This document shows, in pieces, positions 50,476-62,192 of a stretch of DNA of 64,000 nucleotides. Source of the DNA: Alphaproteobacteria bacterium (GTDB lineage Bacteria; Pseudomonadota; Alphaproteobacteria; MPNO01; UBA830); assembly GCA_965243135.1 (NCBI GenBank), contig OZ251539.1, forward strand, positions 5,152,001 to 5,216,000, in the 5' to 3' direction. Every line of letters begins with the position of its first letter. Position 1 is the first letter of the stretch. The translations under genes were made by a program, and so were the position numbers. Below the pieces are notes generated by a model. It saw only the letters and a list, made by a program, of their open reading frames with translations. It searched no databases and had not been told where the DNA came from.

Positions 50476-51372
50476 ATGAAGACCATGAAGATCGCGCATT
50501 GGTTCGCCCCTGCCGTCGGGACGCTTGCCCTCCTTTCTCTCGCCGCGTGCGGTGGAGGCGGCGGCGGGAGCGCGACCATAGACGCGGCCGGAGCGCGCGA
50601 CCTGACCGGTTCGCAAGCCCCCGTCGAGACCCCGGCGGACCAAGCCGCGCGGGCACCGGGGATATTCGGTCGCGCTGACTCACTTCTCGTCTCGACGATC
50701 ACCGGTGAGACGTCGCACCCGAGCCTCCGGACGTTCCGAATTCGGACGAACTGCACTGGAACGCGGTGTTCGTGGAGGGAGGCGACAACGGGGGTTTCCG
50801 GCTCTATCGGACTGAATGACCTTGAGTTCACGTCGGGCAAATCGCAAGCCATTCTCACCAAAAACGGGATTACGCTGGTGGAAGGGCAGGCTGAAGGTAT
50901 CGAGTCTTACGGTGCTTGGATGGACCACGCCGGATTTGCCGTGCAAAGCGAAGAGCAGATGATCGAAGGCGTTTCCGTCACTGGTCGGTACGGGATTGCC
51001 GGCGGCGATCTGACCGGCATCCGGCCCGACATACTGGCTACATGGCGCGGACTTATGGTCGGAACCCCGCGTGATGGCGGGTTGCGCGGAAACGTCCTGC
51101 AGGGCGACGCCGCTCTAACCTACACGCTTAACGGAACCGGCGGCTCGCTCGACGCGGCTTTCACGGATCTCAGGAATCTCGACAGCGGCGCGGCGTACTC
51201 GGTTTCGAGTTTGCGCTTCGACGACGTGCCTGTCTCCGCCAATGGCACCTACAATGCAGGCGCGACCGGCAACCGCATTCAAGGCGGATTCTACGGGCCG
51301 GACCATGCGGAGGCAGCGGGTATTGTCGAGCAGAGCGGTATCGTCGGCGCGTTCGGCGCAAAGCGGCAATGA
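50476..51372 (+). CDS. Surface lipoprotein with a TbpB-like C-terminal beta-barrel
   Basis: Lipobox LAAC followed by a GGGGGG linker; C-terminal IQGGFYGPDHAEAAG...GAFGAKR; GGAGA RBS. Confidence 0.8.
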   Translation: MKTMKIAHWFAPAVGTLALLSLAACGGGGGGSATIDAAGARDLTGSQAPVETPADQAARAPGIFGRADSLLVSTITGETSHPSLRTFRIRTNCTGTRCSWREATTGVSGSIGLNDLEFTSGKSQAILTKNGITLVEGQAEGIESYGAWMDHAGFAVQSEEQMIEGVSVTGRYGIAGGDLTGIRPDILATWRGLMVGTPRDGGLRGNVLQGDAALTYTLNGTGGSLDAAFTDLRNLDSGAAYSVSSLRFDDVPVSANGTYNAGATGNRIQGGFYGPDHAEAAGIVEQSGIVGAFGAKRQ

Positions 51373-52179
51373 CGTTTGCGGAGCCGCGCAAGTACTACCG
51401 GCTCTTGAGCCCGCTGCTAACGCAGCGGATCTCCGCGAACCGAAGCGAACGACCGCCATGCCTGTAGAGGGAGTTCCGGGGCGTCGAAATCCTCCTGTTT
51501 CTCGTAGAAGCGCCGTTCGAAGGACGCCACCTCGCCAAGGGCAGTGTGTTGTTTATAGCGGGCCAGAGTGCCATCCGGCGGTTACATTGTCGACAAGATT
51601 TGCGCTTTCGCTCTCGCAGTCCGCCCTGACGGGGAGGCGCTTCCACCTGCCCGTGCCAGGAGCGGTGCTGGACGAAAGCAATCCGCAACCTCCTTGCCGC
51701 GCGAGCCCTGAAGCAGGTCTTGGCCTGCCGTGGAGGAGCCCCCGACCCGCAAAACCCACGCGACGAGCAACCAGCGCCGAAAGCGTCGGTTCGCGGCTTC
51801 GCCCGGCTTCCGTGAGGCGGCACTCTGGATTTCGGAAACGCTCGAATCTTCCTCCACGGCGGAAACAGGTCGCTCCGGGCGCGTACGCTCATGGTTCGCG
51901 AGACCTCTGCACAGCGAACTTGCCGCTTCGTTCCGATGCCGTGGCTGCGTTTGCGGCGCACAAGGACGCGCTTTCCCGAATGTTTCCGTTTTCATGGCCG
52001 TCGCCGCCGTGACCGGGCCGCAGTGAGGCGGGCGAGATTCGTGAGGAACCGGCCGCTGCGAGGCCGCTCCTCGGCCTCTGAAAACTCTGGAAGGCCGAGA
52101 TTCCGCCGAGGAGACGAACATGCCGGGTCGGCGAAAACCCGTCGTCAGGACGCGTCGCTGCTGATCCGCTCCCCGGCGG

Positions 52180-54192
52180 CTACCGCCCCGACAACGGCCA
52201 GGGAAGTTCGACCAGCGCCTGCAGCAGCCCCGGCGGGAAATCACCCCCGATAAGATGGCCAAGCAGCAGCAGCCCGCCGATTCCGGCGGCGGTCAGGATC
52301 GCCGAAAGCGCGAGGCTCGCGCCGGCGCGGCGGCGCAGGAAGGCGAGGAAGAAGATCCCGAGCGCGAGCACGAACCCGAGCAGCGCGGTGAGCAGCAACA
52401 GCGAGACGAACCAGCCCAGGGTCGGCCACAGGCCGTAAGGCGCGTCCGCGTCCTCGGCCGCCTCCCTGTCGGCGAACAGCGCGTCGCCCGCCGGCCGCCG
52501 CGCCATGCGAACGAGCAGGACCAGCGCGGCGACGGTCATGACGCCGCAGACCAGCGCCGGGAATACCTTGTCGATCAGCACGTCCAGCAGCAGGGAGTCG
52601 GCGAAGGCGATTGCGAGGAAGCCCGCGACCGCGGCGGCGAAGACGAAGCCCGGAAGCCGCCGCCCCGCGGCGGCCTCGTCTCGATAGAGGGACTTCGACT
52701 GACGCGTGCCGAGCCAGATCGAGAGCGCGGTGACGGCCAGGATGGCGATGGCGACCGGCGACAGCACGTATCCGAGCCCCTCCCAAACGTCGCGGCCGAA
52801 GCGGACGAGGGCGATCTGCGTCGCCTGATAAACGTAAACTTCCGCCTGATCGGCCAGCACGAAGCCGATCAGAAAGGCCGGGCGGGGCCAGTGGAACCGG
52901 CGCATGAAGATGCCGAGGAGGCCCACGGCGACGAGCGCCGCGAGATCCCACAGGGTCTGCTTCGACTGGAAAGCGGCGAAGGCGATCATCATGAACAGGA
53001 AGGGCGCGAGCAGCGGGAAACGGATCGTGGTCAGCCGGGCGATGCCGCCCGACAGGAAGAGGCAGAGGCCGGCGCCGATCACGTTGGCGAGCGCCAGCGA
53101 CCAGACGATCGTATAGGTGATGGGGAGGTCGTTCTGGATCATTTGCGGCCCGGCGTCGTACCCCAGCAAGACCAAGCCGCCGATGAACACCGCCATCGAG
53201 CCGGATCCCGGAATTCCGAACAGCAGGGTCGGCACCAGCCCTCCGCCTTCCTTGGCGTTGTTGGAGCTCTCGGGGCCGATGACTCCGCGGATGTCGCCTT
53301 CGCCGAACCGCGACGGCCGCCGCGCCGTCTGCACCGTGTGGCCGTAGGCGATCCAGTCGACGACGGATCCCCCGAGGCCCGGGATCACGCCCACCATGAC
53401 CCCGATCGCGGCGCAGCGGATCGACAGCCATTTGTGGCGCCACCAGTCGATCACGCCCGCCATCCACCCCGCGCCCAGCTTCGAGGTCTCGGAGATCGCG
53501 CCCTCCCGGCGCAGCAGCGAGACGATCTCGGGCACGGCGAAGACGCCGAGGCCGACGATGACGAGCTGGAGCCCGTCCTGCAGGTACCAGCTGCCGAAAT
53601 CCATGCGCGGCGACCCCTGCGCAGGCGCCTCTCCGATCGCGCCGACCGCGAGGCCGAGGCCGGCGGCGAGCAGGCCCTTCAGGAGGCTCCGCCCGGCGAG
53701 CACGCCCACCATCGAGAGTCCGAGCACGGTCAGCATGAGCAGTTCCGGGAATCCGAAAGCGAGCACGACAGGCCGCGCCGCGACGATGAAAAAGGTCAGG
53801 ATCGCCGCGCCGAACAACCCGCCGAACAGGGACGAAGCGAACGCGGCCGCGAGGGCGCGGGCCGCCTGTCCGGCCCGCGCCAGCGGAAACCCGTCGAGCA
53901 CCGTGGCCTGGGAGGCCGACGAGCCAGGTATTCCCATGAGAACCGACGCGAAGGTGTCGGAGGTCGGAATCACCGCGACCAACCCCACCATCATGGCGAG
54001 GCCCGACACCGGATCCATTCCGTAAATGAACGGCAGGACGAGGCTCAGTCCCGCGATCCCGCCAAGGCCCGGGAAGATCCCGACCGAGAGGCCGAGCAGC
54101 ACGCCGACGGCGAGCCACCCGATCTGGGCGGGGCTGAAGATCAGCGCGAACGCTTCGCCGAGCGCCGGCAGCACCGCCGCGGTGAGTTCCAC
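52180..54192 (-). CDS. tctA: Tripartite tricarboxylate transporter TctA with a fused TctB-like C-terminus
   Basis: GIFPGLGG, MGIPGSSAS...TVLDGFPLA, PESSNNAKEGG, LFGIPGS motifs; about 170 extra hydrophobic C-terminal residues. Confidence 0.88.
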   Translation of the reverse strand: MELTAAVLPALGEAFALIFSPAQIGWLAVGVLLGLSVGIFPGLGGIAGLSLVLPFIYGMDPVSGLAMMVGLVAVIPTSDTFASVLMGIPGSSASQATVLDGFPLARAGQAARALAAAFASSLFGGLFGAAILTFFIVAARPVVLAFGFPELLMLTVLGLSMVGVLAGRSLLKGLLAAGLGLAVGAIGEAPAQGSPRMDFGSWYLQDGLQLVIVGLGVFAVPEIVSLLRREGAISETSKLGAGWMAGVIDWWRHKWLSIRCAAIGVMVGVIPGLGGSVVDWIAYGHTVQTARRPSRFGEGDIRGVIGPESSNNAKEGGGLVPTLLFGIPGSGSMAVFIGGLVLLGYDAGPQMIQNDLPITYTIVWSLALANVIGAGLCLFLSGGIARLTTIRFPLLAPFLFMMIAFAAFQSKQTLWDLAALVAVGLLGIFMRRFHWPRPAFLIGFVLADQAEVYVYQATQIALVRFGRDVWEGLGYVLSPVAIAILAVTALSIWLGTRQSKSLYRDEAAAGRRLPGFVFAAAVAGFLAIAFADSLLLDVLIDKVFPALVCGVMTVAALVLLVRMARRPAGDALFADREAAEDADAPYGLWPTLGWFVSLLLLTALLGFVLALGIFFLAFLRRRAGASLALSAILTAAGIGGLLLLGHLIGGDFPPGLLQALVELPWPLSGR

Positions 54193-54208
54193 CGGCCCCT
54201 CCCCGGAG

Positions 54209-54239
54209 GCGCGGCGGGCGGTCTCGCCGCCCGCCGCGC
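54209..54239. terminator. 13-bp GC hairpin between tctC and tctA
   Basis: GCGCGGCGGGCGG-TCTCG-CCGCCCGCCGCGC, the usual position for a stabilising hairpin after a binding-protein gene. Confidence 0.55.
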
Positions 54240-54246
54240 GCTTGCT

Positions 54247-55347
54247 CTACTTCTTCAGCGTGACGCCGAAGCGATCTTTCAGCCAGGTCTTGACCCAGGC
54301 GACGGCCTTGGGATCGACCTTGGTCCCGAGATTTTTGTAGGCGGCCGCCTGGCTGCCGGTTGCCTGCGGATAGACGCCGAGCCGCTTCTTCGACTTCTCG
54401 GGGAAGTCGGGACGTTCGGTGACCGCCTTGAAAGCCGCCGAATAGGCGTCGACGAACGCCTTCGGCGTGCCCTTGGGCAGGAAGACCATCTTCTGGGCCG
54501 CGAACCCCGCGATGAAAAAGGCTTTCCAGGCGCTCCACGCGTCTCCCGACGGCGCCTCGCCCTTCACCTGCGCATAGACCTCCTTGAAGGTCGGCATGTC
54601 GGGGAAGGTCGGATCGCGCACGATGTCGCCCTTCGCGTCGAGCGCGCCCCAGCTCATGATCGGCACGGCCTTGCCGTCCTTAACGAGCGGCACGACCTTC
54701 GAAAGATACGCGGCCGACGTCTGGTAATCGATGTTCGCCTCGCCGCGTTCGAACATCAGCCGTCCGGCGCCGCGGCCCTTGACCCCGAAAACCGGATCGA
54801 CCTTCATGCCGAGCATCTCCCAGGCCAGCAGCGGAACGAGGTCGAGCCGCGTCGCGCCCTGCGAGCCGTAGACGAACTTCGTGCCGAGAATCGACTTCGG
54901 ATCCTTCGCCCACTTGGCACCGAGATCGGGCGGAAGATAGGCCACCCCGCCGGTGGCGGTGGCGAGCACGACGTTCCAGTCGGCGTAGTCGTACTTGACC
55001 CGGGGATCTCCAAGCAGGAACGGAAACTGCGTCGATCCCGAGGTGCCGAGGATCGTGAGCCCGTCCGGCTTGGCGCGCGCCGCGAACCAATTCGCGCCCT
55101 TGGTGGAGCCGGCGCCCGGCATGTGCTTGATCGAGATCGCGGGCTTGCCGGGCAGGGCCTCGGACAGCAGCGGCGCGTAAAAGCGCGACCACTTGGCCGA
55201 GCCGCCGCCGGGACCGAACGGAATGATCCATTCGATCGTCTTGCCCGCGAAACTCACGTTCATGGCCGACGCTCCGGCAGGGGCGAGCGCCGCGGTTCCG
55301 AGCGCGAGGGCTCCGACCGCCCGTCGCAGGGTGGCTGACGTCATCAT
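54247..55347 (-). CDS. tctC: Tripartite tricarboxylate transporter substrate-binding protein (TctC/Bug)
   Basis: Signal peptide; IIPFGPGGG, MPGAGS, PDGLT, PDMPTFKE motifs. Confidence 0.85.
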   Translation of the reverse strand: MMTSATLRRAVGALALGTAALAPAGASAMNVSFAGKTIEWIIPFGPGGGSAKWSRFYAPLLSEALPGKPAISIKHMPGAGSTKGANWFAARAKPDGLTILGTSGSTQFPFLLGDPRVKYDYADWNVVLATATGGVAYLPPDLGAKWAKDPKSILGTKFVYGSQGATRLDLVPLLAWEMLGMKVDPVFGVKGRGAGRLMFERGEANIDYQTSAAYLSKVVPLVKDGKAVPIMSWGALDAKGDIVRDPTFPDMPTFKEVYAQVKGEAPSGDAWSAWKAFFIAGFAAQKMVFLPKGTPKAFVDAYSAAFKAVTERPDFPEKSKKRLGVYPQATGSQAAAYKNLGTKVDPKAVAWVKTWLKDRFGVTLKK

Positions 55348-55648
55348 TTATTGCCTCCGTGGATTGAACCCGCCCATACTGCCGAACCGATCGGCAGCGA
55401 TCAAGGCGCGCCGCCGCGGTGCCGCGGTTTTCCCGGACGGACGACGGGCCGGTCGCCCGGTCTCTTCGTTCACGGCGCGGTTCGCCGCCATGCCGTAGCG
55501 AATTCCGGAGTCGCGCGGCAGAAAATCCTTGCAATGCGGCGCTGCATCTTTACAAGTCCCGGATGTCCGAGCGGCGTGACCTTCCTGCCGGTTTCTCTCC
55601 GCGCCGCTTTCCGGCGACCGAATTCCGGCCGACGCCGCCTTAATTCGA

Positions 55649-57634
55649 GTGAAGCGTTTGTCCGAATCCTTCCCAGACCCGCGCCGCCTCGCCGACTCCG
55701 TCAGGGCGCTCGCGATGGACGCGGTGCAGGCGGCGAACAGCGGCCATCCGGGCATGCCCATGGGCGCCGCGGACATGGCGGAGGTGCTGTTCACCCGCTA
55801 CCTCAAGTACGATCCCGCCGACCCCGGCTGGCCCGACCGCGACCGGTTCGTGCTGTCCGCCGGGCATGGTTCGATGCTGCTCTACGCGATCCTGCATCTG
55901 ACCGGCTACGCGGACATGACCATCGATCAGATCAGGAATTTCCGGCAGTTGGGCAGCCGCGCCGCTGGCCATCCCGAGCACGGCGCGGCCGGCGGCATCG
56001 AAACGACCACGGGACCGCTCGGCCAGGGTCTGGCCGCCGCGGTCGGCATGGCGATCGCCGAACGCTCGATGAACGCGCGCTACGGCGACGCGCTCGTCGA
56101 CCACCGCACGTGGGCGCTCGTTTCGGACGGCGACCTGATGGAGGGCGTCAGCCACGAGGCGGCTTCCCTCGCCGGGCATCTGCGCCTCGACCGGCTGATC
56201 GTGCTGTACGACGACAACCGGATTTCGATCGACGGCGACACGGATCTGTGCCTCTCCGACGACGCGGCGGGCAGGTTCGAGTCCTGCGGCTGGGACGCTC
56301 GGCGTTGCGACGGTCACGACCGGGAAGCGATCGTCGACGCCGTCGAGGCGGCGCTGGCGACGGCCGCGCCGTCGCTGATCGCCTGCCGCACGACCATCGG
56401 CTACGGCGCGCCGGCCAAGGGCGGCACCGCGGCCTCGCACGGCGCCCCGCTCGGAGAGGACGAAGTGGCCGCGGCGCGGCGCGCGTTGGGCTGGGAGCAT
56501 GCGCCGTTCGTCGTTCCCGGCGAAATCCTTTCCGCCTGGCGCGAGGCCGGCCGCCGCGGCGCGGCGCGGCGGCGGGAATGGGCCGGCCGTCTCGCCGCAT
56601 CGGACCTCCGCGGGGAATTCGAGCGCGCGGCGGCGGGCGAACTGCCCGAGGGTTGGCAACGGCCGCTGGCCGAGCTCGGGAAACGTTTCGCCGAGGAGGC
56701 CCCGAAACTGGCCACGCGCGCGTCGTCCGGCAAGGCGCTGGAGGCGGCGGCGTCCGCGATACCCGAATTGATCGGCGGCTCGGCCGACCTGACGGGATCC
56801 AACAACACCCGGCCGTCCGCGTTCCGCACGTTCGCGCCGCCCGACTACGCCGGCCGCTACGTCCATTACGGGGTGCGCGAGCACGGCATGGCCGCGGCTA
56901 TGAACGGAATGGCCCTTCACGGCGGCGTGTTGCCCTATGCAGGCACGTTCCTGATTTTTTCGGACTATCTCCGCCCCGCGATGCGCCTCGCGGCGCTGAT
57001 GCGCCAGCCCGTAGTCTACGTGCTGAGCCACGATTCGATCGGACTTGGAGAAGACGGGCCGACGCACCAGCCGGTCGAACAGCTCGCGGGCCTGCGCGCC
57101 TTGCCGGGGTTGCACGTCTACCGCCCGGCCGACGCGGTGGAAGTCGCGGAATGCTGGCGGCTCGCGCTCGAACGGCGCGACGGGCCGTCGGCGCTCGTTC
57201 TGACGCGGCAAGGCGTGCCCACCGTGCGGACGCGGCATGCGGAGGACAACCCTTGCCGCCGCGGCGCCTACGTTCTCGCGGAAGCGGACGGCGACCGCCG
57301 GGCGACGCTGTTGGCCACCGGCTCCGAAGTGGAGATCGCCTTGTCCGCGCGCGACGCGCTCCAGGCCGGCGGCGTTCCCGCGGCCGTCGTCTCGATGCCG
57401 TGCTGGGAGCTGTTCGAGCGCCAGGATCCCGCTTACCGGAAGGCGGTGCTCGGCGCCGCGCCGCGGGTCGCCGTGGAAGCCGCTTCGGCGTTCGGCTGGG
57501 ACAAGTGGACCGGACCCGGCGGCGGGTTCGTGGGAATGGACGGTTTCGGAGCGTCGGCGCCGGGCGCCGCGCTGTACGAGCATTTCGGAATCACCGCGGA
57601 AGCGGTGGCGGACGCCGTTCGCGAACGGCTTTGA
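55649..57634 (+). CDS. tkt: Transketolase
   Basis: [58 protein letters not shown] motifs. Confidence 0.96.
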   Translation: MKRLSESFPDPRRLADSVRALAMDAVQAANSGHPGMPMGAADMAEVLFTRYLKYDPADPGWPDRDRFVLSAGHGSMLLYAILHLTGYADMTIDQIRNFRQLGSRAAGHPEHGAAGGIETTTGPLGQGLAAAVGMAIAERSMNARYGDALVDHRTWALVSDGDLMEGVSHEAASLAGHLRLDRLIVLYDDNRISIDGDTDLCLSDDAAGRFESCGWDARRCDGHDREAIVDAVEAALATAAPSLIACRTTIGYGAPAKGGTAASHGAPLGEDEVAAARRALGWEHAPFVVPGEILSAWREAGRRGAARRREWAGRLAASDLRGEFERAAAGELPEGWQRPLAELGKRFAEEAPKLATRASSGKALEAAASAIPELIGGSADLTGSNNTRPSAFRTFAPPDYAGRYVHYGVREHGMAAAMNGMALHGGVLPYAGTFLIFSDYLRPAMRLAALMRQPVVYVLSHDSIGLGEDGPTHQPVEQLAGLRALPGLHVYRPADAVEVAECWRLALERRDGPSALVLTRQGVPTVRTRHAEDNPCRRGAYVLAEADGDRRATLLATGSEVEIALSARDALQAGGVPAAVVSMPCWELFERQDPAYRKAVLGAAPRVAVEAASAFGWDKWTGPGGGFVGMDGFGASAPGAALYEHFGITAEAVADAVRERL

Positions 57635-57674
57635 AACCTGGCGCCGGCCGGCGCGCTTGCGAGGAGGACGAAGG

Positions 57675-58685
57675 ATGGCGGTACGGGTAGCGATCAACGG
57701 GTTCGGGCGGATCGGGCGCCTGACGCTGCGGGCGGCGCTCGAGTCCGGCCGCGACGACATCGAGTTCGTCGCGATCAACGATCTCGGCTCCGTCGAAATG
57801 AACGCGCATCTGTTGCAGTACGACAGCGCGCACGGGCGGTTTCCGAATAAGGTGAAGGCCGCGAAGACCGGGATCGACGCCGGGAACGGCGTCATCAAGG
57901 TGCTCGCCGAACGCAATCCGGAAGACCTGCCCTGGGGCCGGCTGGGCGTCGACGTCGTGCTCGAGTGCACGGGCCTCTTCACCAAGCGCGAACAGGCGGA
58001 AAAGCATCTCGCGGCCGGCGCGGCGCGAGTCCTGATCTCGGCGCCGGCCAGCGGCGAGGACCTGACCGTCGTCTACGGCGTCAACCACGACAAGCTGCGC
58101 AAGCGCCACACGGTGGTCTCCAACGCGTCTTGCACCACCAACTGCCTGGCGCCGGTGGCGGCCGTCATGCACAAGGCGTTCGGAATCGCGCAAGGCTACA
58201 TGACGACCGTGCACGCTTATACGGGCGACCAGCGAATCCTCGATACGCTTCACGGCGATCCGCGACGCGCCCGCGCCGCGGCGCAGTCCATGATCCCGAC
58301 CTCGACCGGCGCGGCCAAGGCGGTCGGGCTGGCGCTGCCGGAACTGGCCGGAAAGCTCGACGGCACGGCCGTCCGCGTGCCGACGGCGAACGTCTCGATG
58401 ATCGACTTCAAGTTCGCCCCCAAACGGAAAACCACGGTCGAAGAGGTGAACGCGGCGGCGGCCAAGGCGGCCTCGACGAGGCGGCTCAAGGGCATTCTCG
58501 ACGTCAACGACCTGCCGCTGGTGTCGATCGATTTCAACCACAATCCGGCGTCGTCGATCTTCGACGCCACCCAGACCCAGGTGATCGAAGGCAAGCTTGT
58601 CCGCGTCCTGAGCTGGTACGACAACGAATGGGGTTTTTCCAACCGCATGCTCGACACCGCGGCAGCCATGGGGCGGCTGGGATAG
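57675..58685 (+). CDS. gap: Type I glyceraldehyde-3-phosphate dehydrogenase
   Basis: [38 protein letters not shown] motifs. Confidence 0.97.
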   Translation: MAVRVAINGFGRIGRLTLRAALESGRDDIEFVAINDLGSVEMNAHLLQYDSAHGRFPNKVKAAKTGIDAGNGVIKVLAERNPEDLPWGRLGVDVVLECTGLFTKREQAEKHLAAGAARVLISAPASGEDLTVVYGVNHDKLRKRHTVVSNASCTTNCLAPVAAVMHKAFGIAQGYMTTVHAYTGDQRILDTLHGDPRRARAAAQSMIPTSTGAAKAVGLALPELAGKLDGTAVRVPTANVSMIDFKFAPKRKTTVEEVNAAAAKAASTRRLKGILDVNDLPLVSIDFNHNPASSIFDATQTQVIEGKLVRVLSWYDNEWGFSNRMLDTAAAMGRLG

Positions 58686-58691
58686 GACGCG

Positions 58692-59879
58692 GTGCCCCGG
58701 ACCCTCGACGACGCGGACGCCGCCGGCAAGCGGGTTCTTCTGCGCGCCGACCTGAACGTGCCGACGAAGGACGGCGCCGTGACGGACGCCACGCGGATCG
58801 AGCGTCTTGCGCCGACCATCCGGGAGCTGGCGGCGGCCGGCGCGGTCGTGGTCGTCGCGTCCCATTTCGGAAGGCCGGGCGGCAGGATCGATCCCGCGTC
58901 GTCGCTGGAGCCGCTGGCCGGGCCCCTGTCGTCGGCGCTGGACGGCATGCCCGTCTCGTTCGCGGGCGACTGCGTCGGCCGGGAAGCGGCGCGGACGATC
59001 GCGGCGGCGTCGCCCGGCGACGTGGTGCTGCTCGAGAATCTGCGCTTCCATTCCGGCGAGGAGCGCAACGACCCGGAATTCGCCGGACGGCTCGCGGCGC
59101 TCGCGGATCTATACGTCAACGACGCTTTTTCGGCGGCCCACCGCGCGCACGCCTCCACCGAAGGGGTCGCGCGCCTGCTGCCGGCGTTCGCCGGGCGGTT
59201 GATGCAGGCCGAACTGGAGGCGCTCGCGGCGGTCCTCGACGCTCCGGAACGGCCGGTCGGCGCCGTCGTCGGCGGGGCCAAGGTGTCCACCAAGCTCGAT
59301 CTGCTGGGCAACCTCGTCGGCAAGGCGGATCTGCTGGCGATCGGCGGCGCCATGGCCAACACGTTTCTGCACGCGCTCGGCGCCGACGTGGGGAATTCGT
59401 TCTGCGAGCCGGACATGGCGGCCACGGCGCGGGACGTCCTCGCCCGCGCCGACGAGTCGGGATGCGAGGTGGCGTTGCCGTCGGACGTCGTGGTCGCGGA
59501 CGAACTCGCCGAAGGCGCGCGGAGCGAAACGGTTCCGGCGGCCGGCGTTCCCGCCGGAGCGATGATCCTCGACATCGGGCCGGGCAGCGCCGCCGCGCTG
59601 GCCGCGAAGCTGGGCGACCTGAAGACCCTGGTCTGGAACGGGCCGCTCGGCGCCTTCGAGACGTCCCCTTTCGACGCCGGCACGGCGACGGTGGCGCGCG
59701 CCGCGGCCGAGCTGACGAGGCGCGGCGCGCTGAAAACGGTCGCGGGGGGAGGCGATACGGTCGCCGCTCTCGAGGCGGCCGGCGTTACCGGCGCCTTTTC
59801 CTACGTTTCGTCCGCGGGCGGCGCGTTTCTCGAATGGCTCGAGGGAAGGCGGCTGCCGGGAGTCGCCGCGCTGGGCTGA
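58692..59879 (+). CDS. pgk: Phosphoglycerate kinase
   Basis: [46 protein letters not shown] motifs. Confidence 0.96.
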   Translation: MPRTLDDADAAGKRVLLRADLNVPTKDGAVTDATRIERLAPTIRELAAAGAVVVVASHFGRPGGRIDPASSLEPLAGPLSSALDGMPVSFAGDCVGREAARTIAAASPGDVVLLENLRFHSGEERNDPEFAGRLAALADLYVNDAFSAAHRAHASTEGVARLLPAFAGRLMQAELEALAAVLDAPERPVGAVVGGAKVSTKLDLLGNLVGKADLLAIGGAMANTFLHALGADVGNSFCEPDMAATARDVLARADESGCEVALPSDVVVADELAEGARSETVPAAGVPAGAMILDIGPGSAAALAAKLGDLKTLVWNGPLGAFETSPFDAGTATVARAAAELTRRGALKTVAGGGDTVAALEAAGVTGAFSYVSSAGGAFLEWLEGRRLPGVAALG

Positions 59880-59921
59880 GCGCTGGCGGCGGCGCGCCGC
59901 GTCCTCCGCGCGGCGCGAGCC

Positions 59922-60543
59922 TCAGCCGCCGGCCGGTCCGCCGTTGGCCGCGACGAACGCCTCGATTTCGTCCGGGGCCATGGCTTCCCGGAACATCTCG
60001 GCGCGCATGCGGACCCGTTGCAAGCTTATGGCGCGGATCGCCGACCTCATGCGATTCAGGTCTTCGCCGGGTCCGATCAGCTTCACGCATACCCGCGCCT
60101 GCTCCGCGTAGTGATCCTTCTCGTCGTCGTAAATGACCTGCATGGCCTTCGCGGTCATTCGGTTGACGACGGAGCCTTCCAGCTTCGCGCCTTCGCGGAA
60201 CAGCCTCGCGCCGCCGCCTTCGGTGAATCCCACCGCCGCCCGCATCAACGCGTCGCCGCTTTCGACGTAGCCGCGGCGCAGGTCGCCGAGCTTCTTCTCC
60301 TCGGGGAGCTGGACCGTGTCTTCCGGCTGAATGCCGCGTCCCGTCAGATGTTCGAAGATATCCGCGAGCAGCACGTAGTGATTGAATTCCTGCGCGAGTT
60401 GCATCAACTGGAAATGGTAGTCGTGGCGGTCGATTTCCCTGTCGATCTCGGGGAACCGGTTCGCGAGGTCCATGAGTTCCCGATGAAGCCCGTTGAAGAA
60501 TCCGTCGACGGGGTTGAGTTCCTTCCAGAGCTGGGCGCGCAGG
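59922..60543 (-). pseudogene. 3' part of a ferritin-like (di-iron) protein gene interrupted by IS copy 2
   Basis: QEFNHY and DEKDHY ExxH motifs plus FTEGG; joins 62193-62317 in frame once the IS and one TSD are removed. Confidence 0.78.
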
Positions 60544-62192
60544 CAGCAATTCCCGCTAAGGCTCGAAACCCTTGAAAAATATGGGGCCGGAAAAAAGTCT
60601 TTCGTGGACTTTTCGAGGTGATTCGGGGCTATTTGCCTTCGAGCGGAGCATTTTTCTCTGGAAAGTGGTCCGAAGGCGAGGCGGGATTGTAACCAAAATG
60701 GCCAGAATGCCAGGCATGCGCAAGACGCTCAGCGCTCCGGGATTGCTGAAGGAAGTGCGAGCTTGTTTCGACCGTATCGAAGATCCGATCGCGAGCAGGG
60801 GGCTGAACCAGACGGACTGTCTGATGTCGGGTCTAGCGGTGTTCGGTATGAAGTATGCGTCGCTTCTGCAATTCGACGAGGCCGCGCACGCCGACGAAGT
60901 GGTTCGGCACAACCTCGCGACCTTATACGGCGTCAAGCGCGTGCCGTCGGACACTGCGATGCGCGAACGGCTTGACGAAGTCTGTCCGCGGCAATTGCGG
61001 CGTTGTTTCACGAAGATGTTCCAGGTTTTGCAACGAGGCAAGGGATTGGAAGAATACACTTGTCTGAACGGGCATTACGCTCTTTCGATCGATGGAACGG
61101 GATACTTCTCGTCGGACAAGGTGCACTGTAAAAATTGCTGCGAGAAACACCACCGCGACGGTACGATTACCTACTACCACCAGATGTTGGGAGCCGTTCT
61201 GGTGCATCCGGAACAAAAGGAGGTTTTTCCGTTTGCACCGGAACCGATCCTGAAGGAAGACGGCGCAAAAAAGAACGATTGCGAACGCAACGCAGCGAAA
61301 CGGCTTCTGAAAGATGTGCGTCGCGAACACCCGCACCTGAAGCTGGTTGTGTTGGAAGATGGGCTGGCCTCGAACGGACCGCATGCCAATCTTCTCAAGG
61401 AGTTAGACATGCGTTTCATACTGGGGGCGAAGCCCGGCGACCACAAGTTCCTGTTCGAGTGGGTCAACAACGCGCCGTCCGTGGAGCGCCGGGAGTTCAC
61501 GGACGGTGACAACATACGGCACGAATTCCGGTATCTTAACGGAGTGCCTCTGAACGATACGCACTTCGACCTCAAAGTGAACTTTCTCGAATACTGGGAG
61601 AAGCTCCCAAACGGCAAGAAACAACGTTTCTCCTGGGTCACGGATCTGCCAATTGACGAAGGGAACCTGATGGAGTTGATGCGCACCGGGCGGGCGCGCT
61701 GGAAGATCGAGAACGAAACTTTCAACACCCTGAAGAACCAAGGCTACTGCTTTGAGCACAACTTCGGTCACGGTAACAAGAATCTGTCGACGGTCTTTGC
61801 GTTCCTGATGATGCTGGCGTTCCTGATTGACCAGATTCAACAGCGATGTTGCAAACTGTTCCAACAGGCGCAAACGAAGGCCAAGCGGCCCATTTACTTC
61901 TGGGAAAAGGCGCGGGGATTGTTTCTCGAATACTTCTTGAAGGACTGGGAAACACTCTACCGAATGATCGCGTTTGGATACCGGAAAGCAGAGGGAATTC
62001 CCTACGACACCTCCTGACCTGGCACCGTGACCGAATGTGCTAAAGCAAGTTTTTCAGGGGAAACAGGATGGTCAAGGCTAAGTCGGCACCAAGCCGAAGC
62101 GGGGAAGGTGCGTCGCGGCGGCTGGTCCCTCGGTAACGACGCTATCTCGACGCGCCTTTCGCAAAGGGCGGCCACCTTAGCGGGAATTTCTG
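60544..62192 (+). mobile_element. Insertion sequence copy 2 (1649 bp), inverted relative to copy 1
   Basis: TIRs at 60544-60561 and 62175-62192; 9-bp TSD GCGCGCAGG at 60535-60543 and 62193-62201. Confidence 0.95.
60698..62017 (+). CDS. DDE transposase, near-identical to 45446-46765
   Basis: 439 aa; I count five amino-acid differences from copy 1. Confidence 0.9.
   Translation: MARMPGMRKTLSAPGLLKEVRACFDRIEDPIASRGLNQTDCLMSGLAVFGMKYASLLQFDEAAHADEVVRHNLATLYGVKRVPSDTAMRERLDEVCPRQLRRCFTKMFQVLQRGKGLEEYTCLNGHYALSIDGTGYFSSDKVHCKNCCEKHHRDGTITYYHQMLGAVLVHPEQKEVFPFAPEPILKEDGAKKNDCERNAAKRLLKDVRREHPHLKLVVLEDGLASNGPHANLLKELDMRFILGAKPGDHKFLFEWVNNAPSVERREFTDGDNIRHEFRYLNGVPLNDTHFDLKVNFLEYWEKLPNGKKQRFSWVTDLPIDEGNLMELMRTGRARWKIENETFNTLKNQGYCFEHNFGHGNKNLSTVFAFLMMLAFLIDQIQQRCCKLFQQAQTKAKRPIYFWEKARGLFLEYFLKDWETLYRMIAFGYRKAEGIPYDTS

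Noticed and set aside
51590-51780. Possible hammerhead ribozyme or riboswitch (CTGACG...GAAA)
   Set aside because: The CUGANGA core is incomplete and I could not build the required stems.
52255-55338. 1027-aa plus-strand ORF
   Set aside because: Antisense shadow of tctA/tctC.
60572-60697. 42-aa N-terminal extension of the copy-2 transposase
   Set aside because: Arises from a 1-nt difference upstream of the ATG shared with copy 1; the start at 60698 is preferred.
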